64,000 bases of DNA from an archaeon (GTDB taxonomy: Archaea > SpSt-1190 > DYHY01), in contig JAZDJS010000019.1 in assembly GCA_043803745.1 (NCBI GenBank), forward strand, positions 1 through 64,000. The letters run 5' to 3'. The notes below the pieces were generated by a model. The model was not told the origin of the DNA. It saw only the letters and a list, made by a program, of their open reading frames with translations, and did no database searches. Below are positions 9,550-18,863 of this stretch, piece after piece; the first letter of the stretch is position 1, and every line of letters begins with the position of its first letter. The position numbers were made by a program, and so were the translations under genes.

Positions 9550-11751
9550 TTACTCAACGGTCAGGCTGCTGAGCTCCTTGCCCGTGACTGTTACTTCAGT
9601 CTTTCCGGCAAGTGCGTGCTTGTCGTAGTTTGCGAGGACATAGGCTGCTGCGCGTGTGTTGTCAGCATCCCATCCAGCTACTACAACTACTGCCTTTCCT
9701 GCTGAGAGCCCGCCATCGACCCAGAAGAGCTTGCCAACGCCGCTGTACGTAGCCGCGCTTGCATATACCCCTCCGAGAGCCTTGACGAGGCTGTTCACGG
9801 ACGGACCGCCAACAAGGACCATGTTCATGTCCCTGTCAGTGACCTCGGTGTCAAGAACTGCAACCGGTGCAGAGATTGGCACTTTGGACATCGTTGTTGC
9901 GCCGTCAACAGTGATTGCGTCGATCTTGACCTTGGACAGGAGTCCTGTCTGGCCAGCTGCAATCTGTTCCTGTATTGTCGTGTCCTTTCCGAGAATGACC
10001 ACATACTTGTTCGGCTCGCTCGGTACTGAGAACCTTACCCGTTCTGCCTTGAGATCCGTCTTGGGGGTCTCGATCTTTACACCAAAGTCGGTGTAGTACG
10101 GATATTCAAAGGTTCCCTTTGTCGTTGCAGACGTTATGCTGCCCGTGTATACCAAGTCGTTCGAGTTCGGGTCGCCTGTTCCCTGTGCAATCTGGCTTAC
10201 GTCGCCGGATGCGAGGGTGACTGTCGCGTAGAACAGTTCGCTTGACGTCCCATCTGTCTTGGTCACGTTAACTGTAACGTTCGCAAGGGTCGCTGAGCTC
10301 GGGACAATTCCAATCCGTACCTTCGTGTCGCTGTAGGTCAAGACAAGCAGGTTCGAGCTGTTCGAAACCGCTAGGTAGCTTGCCGTAGCGTCAGTTGTGT
10401 CCGGATAGAACGTCAGTGTCGAGGTCAGCGTTGCTCCGGCATATGCCGTGTCTAGGTATACGCCCGTTGTTCCGTCGTTCTTGATGTCCGTCCCGTTTAC
10501 AAGCTGTGCGACATCTGCCTTGGGGAACACAAACTTGAGTCCCGCCGCGGATGTGTCTCTTAACGTCGAGTTGTCCCTGTAGATGTTCGGACTTGTTTCC
10601 TTCGTGATTGCAAAGCCCGTTACGAGCGATGAATCAGGTACAAGCTGGCTGTCGACCTTGAGGTCGAATCCGCCGAACAGTCCAGAAAGCTTCTCTCCAG
10701 GTGCGAGGAACGATGTCGAGCTCGGTGTGTACGCAACCGTAAAGGAGGTCAGTGTCGTCGCAGTCGAAGTGAGAGTCAGTAACTCCCAGTTCGCTTCTCC
10801 GAGGAACTTCTCCCCTGTACTTATGTCGTCCGAGAGCTTGTTTCCGACTGTTAGCGTCGAGAACATGCTTGTGTCACTCATCCTGAAGATGTCTGTTGCC
10901 TTGAGTGCAATCCCTGCAACGGTCTTTTCTACGCCGCTGTCAAGTACTGCGCTGTCCGTTGTGCTTCCGGTCGTTACTGTTACGTACGCCTTTGCACCGT
11001 TCGTGTCAGCTCCCTTGAATGTGACTGTTGCGCCACTCGCGGAATCTGTGAACGTCGGGTTGTCTAGGCTTACAGAGTGCTTCGTTCCAGCTGAAACGGT
11101 CACACTGTCTGTTCCGACTGCTTCAAGGGTGATTTCCTTCCCTAAAAGGTCGAAAACAACATCGCCAAGGGACTCGTTAAAGACGGTGTCGAAGACCATC
11201 TTAACTTTCAGCTCGGATGAGGGTACCTTTAGGTAGAACTTACCCGCTGCTGCGTCTGAGTCGCCTCTGGCAACCTGTATTCCAGAAGAATCGATTTCGA
11301 TTTCCTGGTGTGCCGCGATTTCTGTCGTTGTGTCCTTGTACTTGAGGTCGCTTCCAGTCCATTTCTTAAGTGCAGAGAACCTGTTGTTCTTCAGGGGGAG
11401 CTTTCCGCTAAAGTCGTCAGCATCATATACTTGCTGTCCGAGCAGAACTTCTCCTCTTATTCCGTCTGCGCTTGAAACGGAGACTGTTGCCTTACCTGTT
11501 CCCGTAGCAGTACCTGCCGTAAATGCCGACTGACCGAGTGCAGCCGCGATACCGATCGCGCCTACAACGTCTGCTGGCATTGCGTTGGCACCAACTACTA
11601 GCTTCCCGTTAAACGCACCGTTCTGGACGAAGGGTGCTGGAAAGCCGCCAAAGTCCGCTGCAAATGCTGCACCGGCAACTGTTGCACCCAGCATTGCTGC
11701 TGATGCCACTGTTGCGGCGACTGCCCTTGCAACTGCTTTTACGCCATTCAT
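9550..11751 (-). CDS. S-layer protein (Methanococcales/Thermococcales/DPANN type)
   Basis: MLGATVAGA, PAPFV, VVGANA..DVVGA N-domain; LVGGPSVNSL and VVAGWDADNT C-domain; GGAGG RBS. Confidence 0.9.
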   Translation of the reverse strand: MNGVKAVARAVAATVASAAMLGATVAGAAFAADFGGFPAPFVQNGAFNGKLVVGANAMPADVVGAIGIAAALGQSAFTAGTATGTGKATVSVSSADGIRGEVLLGQQVYDADDFSGKLPLKNNRFSALKKWTGSDLKYKDTTTEIAAHQEIEIDSSGIQVARGDSDAAAGKFYLKVPSSELKVKMVFDTVFNESLGDVVFDLLGKEITLEAVGTDSVTVSAGTKHSVSLDNPTFTDSASGATVTFKGADTNGAKAYVTVTTGSTTDSAVLDSGVEKTVAGIALKATDIFRMSDTSMFSTLTVGNKLSDDISTGEKFLGEANWELLTLTSTATTLTSFTVAYTPSSTSFLAPGEKLSGLFGGFDLKVDSQLVPDSSLVTGFAITKETSPNIYRDNSTLRDTSAAGLKFVFPKADVAQLVNGTDIKNDGTTGVYLDTAYAGATLTSTLTFYPDTTDATASYLAVSNSSNLLVLTYSDTKVRIGIVPSSATLANVTVNVTKTDGTSSELFYATVTLASGDVSQIAQGTGDPNSNDLVYTGSITSATTKGTFEYPYYTDFGVKIETPKTDLKAERVRFSVPSEPNKYVVILGKDTTIQEQIAAGQTGLLSKVKIDAITVDGATTMSKVPISAPVAVLDTEVTDRDMNMVLVGGPSVNSLVKALGGVYASAATYSGVGKLFWVDGGLSAGKAVVVVAGWDADNTRAAAYVLANYDKHALAGKTEVTVTGKELSSLTVE

Positions 11752-12137
11752 TTTTGTTTTCCTCCGACTATTTTTTTGTCGTTTGTCCGCTTCTCGCCAA
11801 GCCCTTTATTAGGTTTTTGGCAAATAATACGCTTATCAACGAACTTATAGTTCGTCGGATGCCGAAGATGGCATCATACGGTGTATTATTTGCGCATTGG
11901 TTTCGGCCATTTACCGTTCCGTTTTGCCTCTGCCAGCCAAGTTCTCCTGTTGGGATGTATCCCTTTGGAGTTGGTTGGCAGTTTTCAATAGAGGGCTTTG
12001 CTTTCCGAAACGAGACTTGGTTATTCGGCTGACCTGCTTATTTATGCCTATCTTCAAAAAGTTCGTCATTCGGCTAACAAAACATAGGCAAAATACGACA
12101 GTTAGTTGACCATTCTGGAATGGTCCTTCTGAGTCTA

Positions 12138-12548
12138 TTAGGAAGCGCGAAGGGGTTTACGATATTGCGCAAATTCGTCCGCAAGTCCGGCTTCCTCAAG
12201 CGCGAGATCATACCCGACTCGGGTACAATATGGCATTTCAGCATAATAGTCTTCCTTAATACGCTGGCTGATTCTCCGGCCATTCCGAGCAAGCCGTTTC
12301 CTTGCTTTTTGAAGGGCCTCAAGAGTATCAGTGCCTGCAGAAGTCACGCCCCGTAAGACCACTGAAGACAGGAGTGAATATACCGTTGCTTGCGGGACAA
12401 GTTCGTGGACAATTTCGGGAGCTTCCGGGTCGAGGAAAATCGATGCTGCAAGTCCGGCTGCAAAAATTCCTGCCGAGACATAGCCGGCAAGAGTCGCGCG
12501 GTTTCTTGTCGCTGCAAGCAGATAGTCTCTGAAGGGGCTGCTTTTCAT
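12138..12548 (-). CDS. Hypothetical membrane protein
   Basis: Two hydrophobic segments; ATGA overlap with the upstream gene. Confidence 0.6.
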   Translation of the reverse strand: MKSSPFRDYLLAATRNRATLAGYVSAGIFAAGLAASIFLDPEAPEIVHELVPQATVYSLLSSVVLRGVTSAGTDTLEALQKARKRLARNGRRISQRIKEDYYAEMPYCTRVGYDLALEEAGLADEFAQYRKPLRAS

Positions 12549-13000
12549 TGATTTTCAGGCTTCTTCTCTTGGTGTTGTTGCTGGTCCAAAAGCCCGGCTT
12601 CGCGCAATCTCTGGAACATTGCCCGGTTCTGGATTTTCAGGACGGCGTTCTCTTGGGCAATTGTGTGGAGTATTGCCGAGACATCCCCGACAATGTTCTG
12701 GATTTCCCCGGCTGAAACCTCCACCTTTTGGGGGGAATTGACAACAATTGCCGAGGGGCCGAAATTAAGGACAATCGAAAGGAGCGTTTCGAAATCCTTG
12801 AATTTCATGCCAACGTCCGCAAGGTTTGAGAAGAACTCGTCCCTCTCCTCCGTTTCAGTGAATTTCTTTTCATAAACCTTGGCGCCTTCCTGCTCCTCAA
12901 GGGCGCTTATCAGCTTCTTTATCGCTTCCTCAACCTTTTCCTTGGGGGCGCCCTGCGCCTCTATAATGAGCCTTGCGTCAATTTCAGGTTTCTCTGCCAT
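12545..13000 (-). CDS. Conserved archaeal hypothetical protein
   Basis: IIEAQGAPKEKVEEA and FGPSAI motifs; TATA box about 25 nt upstream. Confidence 0.75.
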   Translation of the reverse strand: MAEKPEIDARLIIEAQGAPKEKVEEAIKKLISALEEQEGAKVYEKKFTETEERDEFFSNLADVGMKFKDFETLLSIVLNFGPSAIVVNSPQKVEVSAGEIQNIVGDVSAILHTIAQENAVLKIQNRAMFQRLREAGLLDQQQHQEKKPENQ

Positions 13001-13033
13001 TGTTTCCTGGGCCCTCCCATCCGGTATAAAACT

Positions 13034-13585
13034 TTATCTGGATTGTTTCCTTCCGACGGACAAACTGGCAAGGAAGCCTATCGCAAGGAATCCTGTCAGG
13101 GCCATTACGGGGATAGTGACATAGCCGAATCCGGCGAATCCGATTGAACTGCAGGAGCTGCCAATTGTTGGGTTTGAAGGGCAGAACGGGCTGAAACTCG
13201 CTGAAAGCTGGAGATAAATGTGGTAGAGGGAAACTGCTGCCCCGCCAAGGACGAGAGGCAGGACAAATCTGAAGTGTTTCTTCCCCTTTGCAATCAGGGA
13301 AAACAGGAGTATTGCCGGAATCGGATACATTAGCGCCCTCTGGAACCAGCAAAGGTTGCAGGGCGCTAGGCCCAGTATTTCCGAGAGAAAGAGGCTTGAG
13401 ATTGTTGCGAACAGGGAAACTAGAACGGCGAGGATGCTTGCGTTTTTGGAGAAAAAGGACAAGAGCTTCACGACGATTTTCGGCTTGTTCGGGAGAACGC
13501 GCGCGGCGAATCCTGCGGCAAGACCCGCCTGGGCAAGGATTGTGAGAAGGGAAAGGATGGACTTGGAAAGTTCGTAAAGATCCAT
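13034..13585 (-). CDS. dsbB: Disulfide bond formation protein B (BdbC-like)
   Basis: PCNLCWFQRALMYP, second Cys pair, GYVTIP; start moved to MDLYEL. Confidence 0.9.
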   Translation of the reverse strand: MDLYELSKSILSLLTILAQAGLAAGFAARVLPNKPKIVVKLLSFFSKNASILAVLVSLFATISSLFLSEILGLAPCNLCWFQRALMYPIPAILLFSLIAKGKKHFRFVLPLVLGGAAVSLYHIYLQLSASFSPFCPSNPTIGSSCSSIGFAGFGYVTIPVMALTGFLAIGFLASLSVGRKQSR

Positions 13586-13619
13586 TGCGCAAGCGGGAAG
13601 CGGGAATTTCCGGCTTTTA

Positions 13620-14168
13620 ATGAAAACGGGGGGAAGCCCGAAAAAGCTTATAGCCAGGATTGCCTGGTTTTGGCTTGTGGCTGGGAACGTGCGCCCCCTT
13701 GAAAAGGGTGACCGAGTATATGTTTTCGTTACCGGATTTGGATGGCGCCCGGATATGGAAAAGCCGGTCGGAAAAACGTATGGCAGTGGCTCTGCTGAGC
13801 TTATTGCGGAAAGCCCCGTTATCTTCCCTCCGGATGATTTCGACGACGCGGCAAGGTTCAAGGTCGAATACAGAAGCGAGATGGAAAGGGAAATCTTCGA
13901 AGCGGTTCTGCGGGCGTCTCTTGGAGGGGCGCTTATTTCCTACAAGGTGCTTGACGAGCGCCTGGTAGATCCTGCAAAAACGATTGTCTGGAGGGTTGCG
14001 GAAACCGAACCTGAACTGGCGCTTGAGCCGGTAAAGTCGGTTGAATACACAACGCGGCTGGTTTTTTTCCAGGAGGTCCCGCACCGCAGAGAGAAAAAAA
14101 GGATCATTCGAGTAACTTACAAGGGGCTTGAGGAGCACCCGGACGTCCTGATTGCCTCGATGTACTGA
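13620..14168 (+). CDS. Hypothetical protein
   Basis: 182-aa ORF divergent from dsbB, with typical codon usage. Confidence 0.6.
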   Translation: MKTGGSPKKLIARIAWFWLVAGNVRPLEKGDRVYVFVTGFGWRPDMEKPVGKTYGSGSAELIAESPVIFPPDDFDDAARFKVEYRSEMEREIFEAVLRASLGGALISYKVLDERLVDPAKTIVWRVAETEPELALEPVKSVEYTTRLVFFQEVPHRREKKRIIRVTYKGLEEHPDVLIASMY

Positions 14169-14214
14169 TTGACGGACTGACGGACTGACAACTTTTTATA
14201 CCCTTGATTAAGGA

Positions 14215-14405
14215 ACGAAGATAGGTCACTAGCGCACAAGCCGGTACCTGTGTCCGCGGACACGGACCTCCCGTTCGGTCGGGAGCGTTTGAAAAAGTGC
14301 CGCCTTCGCAATGGGTCAAGAATAAAAGCAAAGGCTTGAGGACGGATGTCGCGACATCCGGACGAAATGCATGGCAAGGGGCATTTCGCCGGCAAAACCT
14401 TGCCG
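14215..14405 (+). ncRNA. Candidate structured RNA or long tRNA leader
   Basis: TATA box near 14193 followed by five or six consecutive hairpins up to tRNA-Thr; no credible ORF. Confidence 0.45.
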
Positions 14406-14406
14406 T

Positions 14407-14479
14407 GCCACCATAGCTCAGCTGGTAGAGCGGCAGTTTCGTAAACTGCAGGTCGTGGGTTCAAATCCCACTGGTGGCT
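14407..14479 (+). tRNA. tRNA-Thr(CGT)
   Basis: GCCACCA/TGGTGGC acceptor stem; GCAGT-TTCGTAA-ACTGC anticodon arm; TTCAAAT T-loop. Confidence 0.96.
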
Positions 14480-14754
14480 CCTTCCCTTCGGTCAGTCTCC
14501 ACCGGACTTCGCTCTTTCATTGTATGGTTGCTCAGCCACTGGTGGCCGCAGGTCCTCTGAGGAGGACTCCTTTTCCCTTCGGTCAGTCTCCACCGGACTT
14601 CGCTCTTTCATTGTATGGTTGCTCAGCCACTGGTGGCCGCGGGAGGTCCTCTGAGGAGGACTCCTTTTCGCTTCGGTCAAGAGCCCCCGGACCTCGCCCT
14701 ATTTCGGTTCAATTGTCGGTTCGGCCACTGGTGGCCGCAGGTCCTCTGAGGAGG
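14480..14754 (+). repeat. Three ~91-98-bp repeat units, each carrying the tRNA-Thr 3' end
   Basis: CCACTGGTGGC at 14536, 14627 and 14725, each followed by GGTCCTCTGAGGAGG. Confidence 0.92.
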
Positions 14755-14767
14755 GTTGAAACAGCGG

Positions 14768-15238
14768 TTAAAGTTCGGCGGTTTCGTACGCGCCAAGTAT
14801 TTTTTTTGCCGCGGCACCAAGTTTGGAATCAGATGCGGCATCTTGCCAAATGCCGTTGAGCTTAAGCGTTAGGGGGTGTTTTTCGCCCAAAATGACGTCT
14901 GAAAACAGCGAGGCGTCCTCTGCAACGTCGAAGGCTATTTGGCTTGACATTTTTTTGCGGGCAAACCGGACCGAGATGTTTCTCAGGGAATCCATTGCTT
15001 GGGAAAAATCCCCTTCCCCTTCCGTCCGGATTTTTACGGGAAGGTCTGGATATGCGGCAACGTGTTTCAGAACGCCCAGTGCATCGTAGACCTGGTCTTC
15101 GCGCGAATAGCCCGCTCCGGGGAGGAGGGGCTTGAGTATTATTTCGGTGTAAGCTCCCGGCCCATCGGCAGCCTTGACTTTTTTGACTTTGGATGAAATG
15201 CTTGTGCCTTCAAAACCGGCCATACGTTTAGCAGACAT
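14768..15238 (-). CDS. Hypothetical protein
   Basis: 156-aa ORF, no recognised motif. Confidence 0.6.
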   Translation of the reverse strand: MSAKRMAGFEGTSISSKVKKVKAADGPGAYTEIILKPLLPGAGYSREDQVYDALGVLKHVAAYPDLPVKIRTEGEGDFSQAMDSLRNISVRFARKKMSSQIAFDVAEDASLFSDVILGEKHPLTLKLNGIWQDAASDSKLGAAAKKILGAYETAEL

Positions 15239-15339
15239 GCTTGATTAATAAGCACGTCCAGTTCTTGCAAAAGGAAGATCTTCCGTCCGGAGGAAGTACA
15301 AATCCTTGCGGGCCGGATTTCTGAGGCGGATAGGAAAAC

Positions 15340-15750
15340 TCACTGAATCAACCCAGCATAATCGGCTCTTGCGAACCGGCTGCTTTTTTCCGCTGCCTGC
15401 TTCTCAGCGCCTTCCAACGCGGGCCAAGAATAGGTTACCACGCCTTGGATTTGAGCAACAGGGGTTTCTTCCGTCAGGACATATGGCTGGACGGGAGTCT
15501 GGATTGCCGTTTTTTCGGGGAACAGAGCGTTTATCGAAAAGACGTTCGCAACATCCGCAAGTCCTGCGTTTCTCTTTGGGCCTGTCGTGGTTATTATGTT
15601 CGCGTTAAGGGACTCGGTCTGAAGAAGCTCGAGTCCTGCCCAAGAATAGGGGCTGTTTGCGTTGCCGTTGCTGTAGGGACCCTTTCTTTCAGGAACCTGC
15701 CGGTAGTCGGGTTTTGCCCTATTACTCGCACATCCATAACAGTTTGGCAT
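15340..15750 (-). CDS. Hypothetical protein
   Basis: 136-aa ORF; TATA box (TTATATAA) about 25 nt upstream. Confidence 0.55.
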   Translation of the reverse strand: MPNCYGCASNRAKPDYRQVPERKGPYSNGNANSPYSWAGLELLQTESLNANIITTTGPKRNAGLADVANVFSINALFPEKTAIQTPVQPYVLTEETPVAQIQGVVTYSWPALEGAEKQAAEKSSRFARADYAGLIQ

Positions 15751-15828
15751 TCGACTTTATTGCCACTTTTGAGTTTATATAAGTTCCTCTTGGGAAAAAG
15801 TTAAATTGCTGGCAGACTTTTCTGGCGA

Positions 15829-16482
15829 ATGGTTGGATTGAATCTGACTCTTGTCGGCGATTTGGAACCTGTCGGGGAAATTGAAAGTGCGATCCTTGAA
15901 TATCTCAAAGCTCCCGGGGAAGCGCCCTTGGAGATTTCCGCCGCCGGTTCGCCAATCGGGAGCATTTCCTATTTTGACAATGAAGACACATTCCAGCTTA
16001 TGTTCGCCCCTTCTGAGACAAGCCTCCTTGCGGAATCGGCGAAAACCCTTGATTTCGGAAAACTCGAAGTTGACGTTGGGGGGGCGTGCAAGGTCGGCTT
16101 TTGCAAATATGATGTTGAAAGCCTTGGCAGACACCTTTACTACGGATGGCAGCAGGTCCTTTCCCTTGACATTTCAAAACCTCCCAAAGGGCAAACTCCT
16201 AAAATTGAAAGGGACGGGCGTTCCTTTTCTGAAATCCCTGCACGAAAGCTTTTCAACGAAACCCAGAGAGCGGTTTATCTTGCGGGGAATGACGAAACGC
16301 CGGAAGTGGTTGGCAAGCTCTTCGGGCTTGAAGAGGGGTATGATTTCGACCTCAGGATGAAGGGGACTCGCAAACTGGGAGTTCCCGGACTCCCCGTTGA
16401 GGGAACTGCAAAGGTCTTCGCGCAGGTCCTTGTCGCGTTCAGGGAGAACTGGGTTGCGAACTACCTTGAGCCGGCAATCTGA
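15829..16482 (+). CDS. Hypothetical protein
   Basis: 217-aa ORF with typical codon usage. Confidence 0.6.
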   Translation: MVGLNLTLVGDLEPVGEIESAILEYLKAPGEAPLEISAAGSPIGSISYFDNEDTFQLMFAPSETSLLAESAKTLDFGKLEVDVGGACKVGFCKYDVESLGRHLYYGWQQVLSLDISKPPKGQTPKIERDGRSFSEIPARKLFNETQRAVYLAGNDETPEVVGKLFGLEEGYDFDLRMKGTRKLGVPGLPVEGTAKVFAQVLVAFRENWVANYLEPAI

Positions 16483-16613
16483 AATGCATATGCCCTAATT
16501 AGCAAGAGCCGCGCAAGCAGTTCATGTGAGGTGCTCTTCCTCCCAATGCTGAAGGATTTTTGCTGGCGCCGCAACTGAGCGTTTTATAAACAAAGTTTCC
16601 CCTTGCCTCGGGA

Positions 16614-17750
16614 ATGGCTTTCCCAATCGACCCGGTTTTCCTCGCATGGATTGCCGGGCTTGCGCTTTTCATCTTCATCTTCCGGAAGAACGTGGAAATC
16701 CAGTTCCCGATTTTCCTCCTGAAAAGCAAGAGCCTCGGGGAACTAATCTACAAAAAGTCCCGGAAGCTTGAGCGGGTCATCGGCCCGCTCGCCGACTTTG
16801 GCGTTCTGGTCGGCTTTGTGGGGATGGTTTTCGTTGTCTACTTCCTCGGGAAAAGCCTCTGGCAGGTCCTCCAGCCTAACGGGATTGGGTCAGTCTCGAT
16901 AATAATTCCGGGAGTCCGTGTCCCGGGCAGCCCGGTTTTCCTTCCATTCACATACGGGATTATTTCAATTGCGCTCCTCGCAATCGTCCACGAGCTTGCG
17001 CACGCAATTGTCGCCTCGTGCCACGGGGTGAAGCCGAAAAGCGTCGCGCTTGCGCTCTTCCTTTTCATCCCCGCTGCGGGAGTTGAGATTGACGAGAGGA
17101 AGCTTGCCCGACGTCCCCTGAGGACGAAGCTTCGCATTTTCGCGGCGGGAAGCTTCGCGAATTTCCTCACCGCACTCCTCGTTCTCGGGCTTGCGGGGCT
17201 TGTCGCGTTCGCGGCAAAGCCACATTTCACCCCGGCGGGGACGGAAATCCTGACCGTTGCCCAGGGCGCGCCAGCCGAAGGAATGTTGCTTCCCGGGGAT
17301 GTTGTGACTGCGATTAACGGGCGGAGCGTCCTGAACCTTTCCGATTTCGTCTCTGTTGCCGGCGAGCTCAAACCGGGCGATTCTCTTGAAATTGAAAAGG
17401 TTGGAGGGACCCGGGTGACTGTTGTTGCGGGTCCGCGGGAAGAGGATCCAACAAAAGGCAGGCTAGGGATTACCACGAGGCAATCCGTTTCCTTCGATTC
17501 AGTTGGAAAAATCCTTCTTTGGCTGCTAGGGCTGTTCAATTGGGTTTTCAGCCTCAATATAGGTGTAGGGATAATCAATCTCTTCCCTTTCCCGCTTATG
17601 GATGGCGGAAGGATGTTTGCAGACGTAACAAAGCATTATTTCGGGAAGGAACGGGGAAATCTCGTCAATAAAGTCGCTTTTTTCATTTCGGCACCCCTTT
17701 TAGCCTTTAACATACTGATTCCGATTGTCAAGGCAGTGTTTTTCAAATAA
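16614..17750 (+). CDS. Site-2 protease (M50) with PDZ domain
   Basis: HELAH, AAGSFAN, NLFPFPLMDGG, PDZ segment LLPGDVVTAING. Confidence 0.92.
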   Translation: MAFPIDPVFLAWIAGLALFIFIFRKNVEIQFPIFLLKSKSLGELIYKKSRKLERVIGPLADFGVLVGFVGMVFVVYFLGKSLWQVLQPNGIGSVSIIIPGVRVPGSPVFLPFTYGIISIALLAIVHELAHAIVASCHGVKPKSVALALFLFIPAAGVEIDERKLARRPLRTKLRIFAAGSFANFLTALLVLGLAGLVAFAAKPHFTPAGTEILTVAQGAPAEGMLLPGDVVTAINGRSVLNLSDFVSVAGELKPGDSLEIEKVGGTRVTVVAGPREEDPTKGRLGITTRQSVSFDSVGKILLWLLGLFNWVFSLNIGVGIINLFPFPLMDGGRMFADVTKHYFGKERGNLVNKVAFFISAPLLAFNILIPIVKAVFFK

Positions 17751-17894
17751 AAGTGAACGAACCATTCTCAAGTAGACAGTTATATATATAAAGTAGAAAG
17801 GGACATTATATATCCTTACTGATGCAAAAGAACAATTTTGTTCAATGCGCTGGTAAATCTTGGCAAAAGAACAGACGGTAGGAGATGAAGGAAT

Positions 17895-18428
17895 ATGGCT
17901 CGCTCTTCAGGAACTATGGCAATTAAGGAATTCGAGAACCCCTATGCTCAGGAACTCCTCGCGGAACTTGGCGGGGCTAAAAGCATTGACCTTGTTGGTG
18001 TTCTGAAACGGCACAAGGAAGTTGACGAGTTCAAGCTCGCGGACCGCCTTAAGATGGATGTCAAGGCGGTCAGGAGAATTCTCTATCGCCTCTACGAGAA
18101 GAAGCTCGTTTCCTTCAGGAAAATGAAGGACGAGACCCGTGGCTGGCACGTTTATTTCTGGAGACTTGAGCCCGGAAAAATAAACATCTTGATGAGCGAA
18201 CGGAAAGACAAATCCGTCGGGGATCTCAGGGGCCAGCTTGATTATGAAAAGGGGAACCAGTTCTACAAATGCGAGAACGGGTGTATCCGCGTCATTTTTG
18301 AGAATGCATTCGAGCATAACTTCATTTGCAGTGAATGCGGCGGGAAACTCGCTTTTTTTGACAATATTGCGGTGATAAAGCAGCTCCGCGAATACATTAA
18401 CCAAAAGGATGCCGTCATCGGCGGATAG
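17895..18428 (+). CDS. tfe: Transcription factor E (TFE-alpha)
   Basis: wHTH VRRILYRLYE..L..F and GW..YFW; zinc ribbon CENGC...FICSECGG. Confidence 0.93.
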   Translation: MARSSGTMAIKEFENPYAQELLAELGGAKSIDLVGVLKRHKEVDEFKLADRLKMDVKAVRRILYRLYEKKLVSFRKMKDETRGWHVYFWRLEPGKINILMSERKDKSVGDLRGQLDYEKGNQFYKCENGCIRVIFENAFEHNFICSECGGKLAFFDNIAVIKQLREYINQKDAVIGG

Positions 18429-18849
18429 TTGGCGGAAATTATTTAGCCTGTTCGGTCGGCTGGACGGGATGGATTGGGGAAAGCTTGCGGTAGCTGTCTC
18501 GGTTTTCGTTCTTGCCCTGCTGGGTTTGGCGCTGATTGAGAAATCTTTCAGCGGAAACGTCGGTTGTACTGAGGAGGCGAAGGTCTGCCCGGACGGTTCT
18601 GCGGTCGGACGGATCCCGCCTAACTGCGAGTTTGCGCCCTGTCCAACTTCCAACTCCGGCACCGGGGCCTGCTCAACCGATTCCGACTGCGTTCCCGCAT
18701 CCGACTGCCATCCGAGCTCTTGCATCAACCAGGCATACTACAAGCCGTCAAACAGGGCATGCACAGCGGTTTGCATGGGGCCCCTTGACTGCGGAGCCGG
18801 GACGTGCGAATGCATTGTGGGAAAATGCTCGGTTGTTTCCTTGAGCTAA
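18409..18849 (+). CDS. Cys-rich membrane-anchored protein (eight-cysteine-cluster type)
   Basis: TM helix, then CTEEAKVCPDGSAVGR..PNCEFAPCP and CSTDSDCVPA.DCHP..C; start may be 18469. Confidence 0.75.
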   Translation: MPSSADSWRKLFSLFGRLDGMDWGKLAVAVSVFVLALLGLALIEKSFSGNVGCTEEAKVCPDGSAVGRIPPNCEFAPCPTSNSGTGACSTDSDCVPASDCHPSSCINQAYYKPSNRACTAVCMGPLDCGAGTCECIVGKCSVVSLS

Positions 18850-18863
18850 TTTGATTGCGCAGT

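Noticed and set aside
11850-12100. Imperfect repeats (GTTATTCGGCTGAC / GTCATTCGGCTAAC) upstream of the S-layer gene
   Set aside because: Possibly regulatory, but too short and degenerate to support a call.
14164-14188. Short GACGGACT tandem repeat
   Set aside because: Only about two copies; consistent with simple slippage.
14335-14368. Hammerhead ribozyme-like TTGAGGA-stem-GACGAAA
   Set aside because: The core deviates from CUGANGA, and no convincing stems I and III or cleavage triplet were found.
14480-14754. CRISPR array
   Set aside because: Only three units, two spacers identical, the repeat includes the tRNA end, and no cas genes are present.
16490-16560. Possible C/D box sRNA
   Set aside because: The box C match is poor and no guide target is identifiable by eye.
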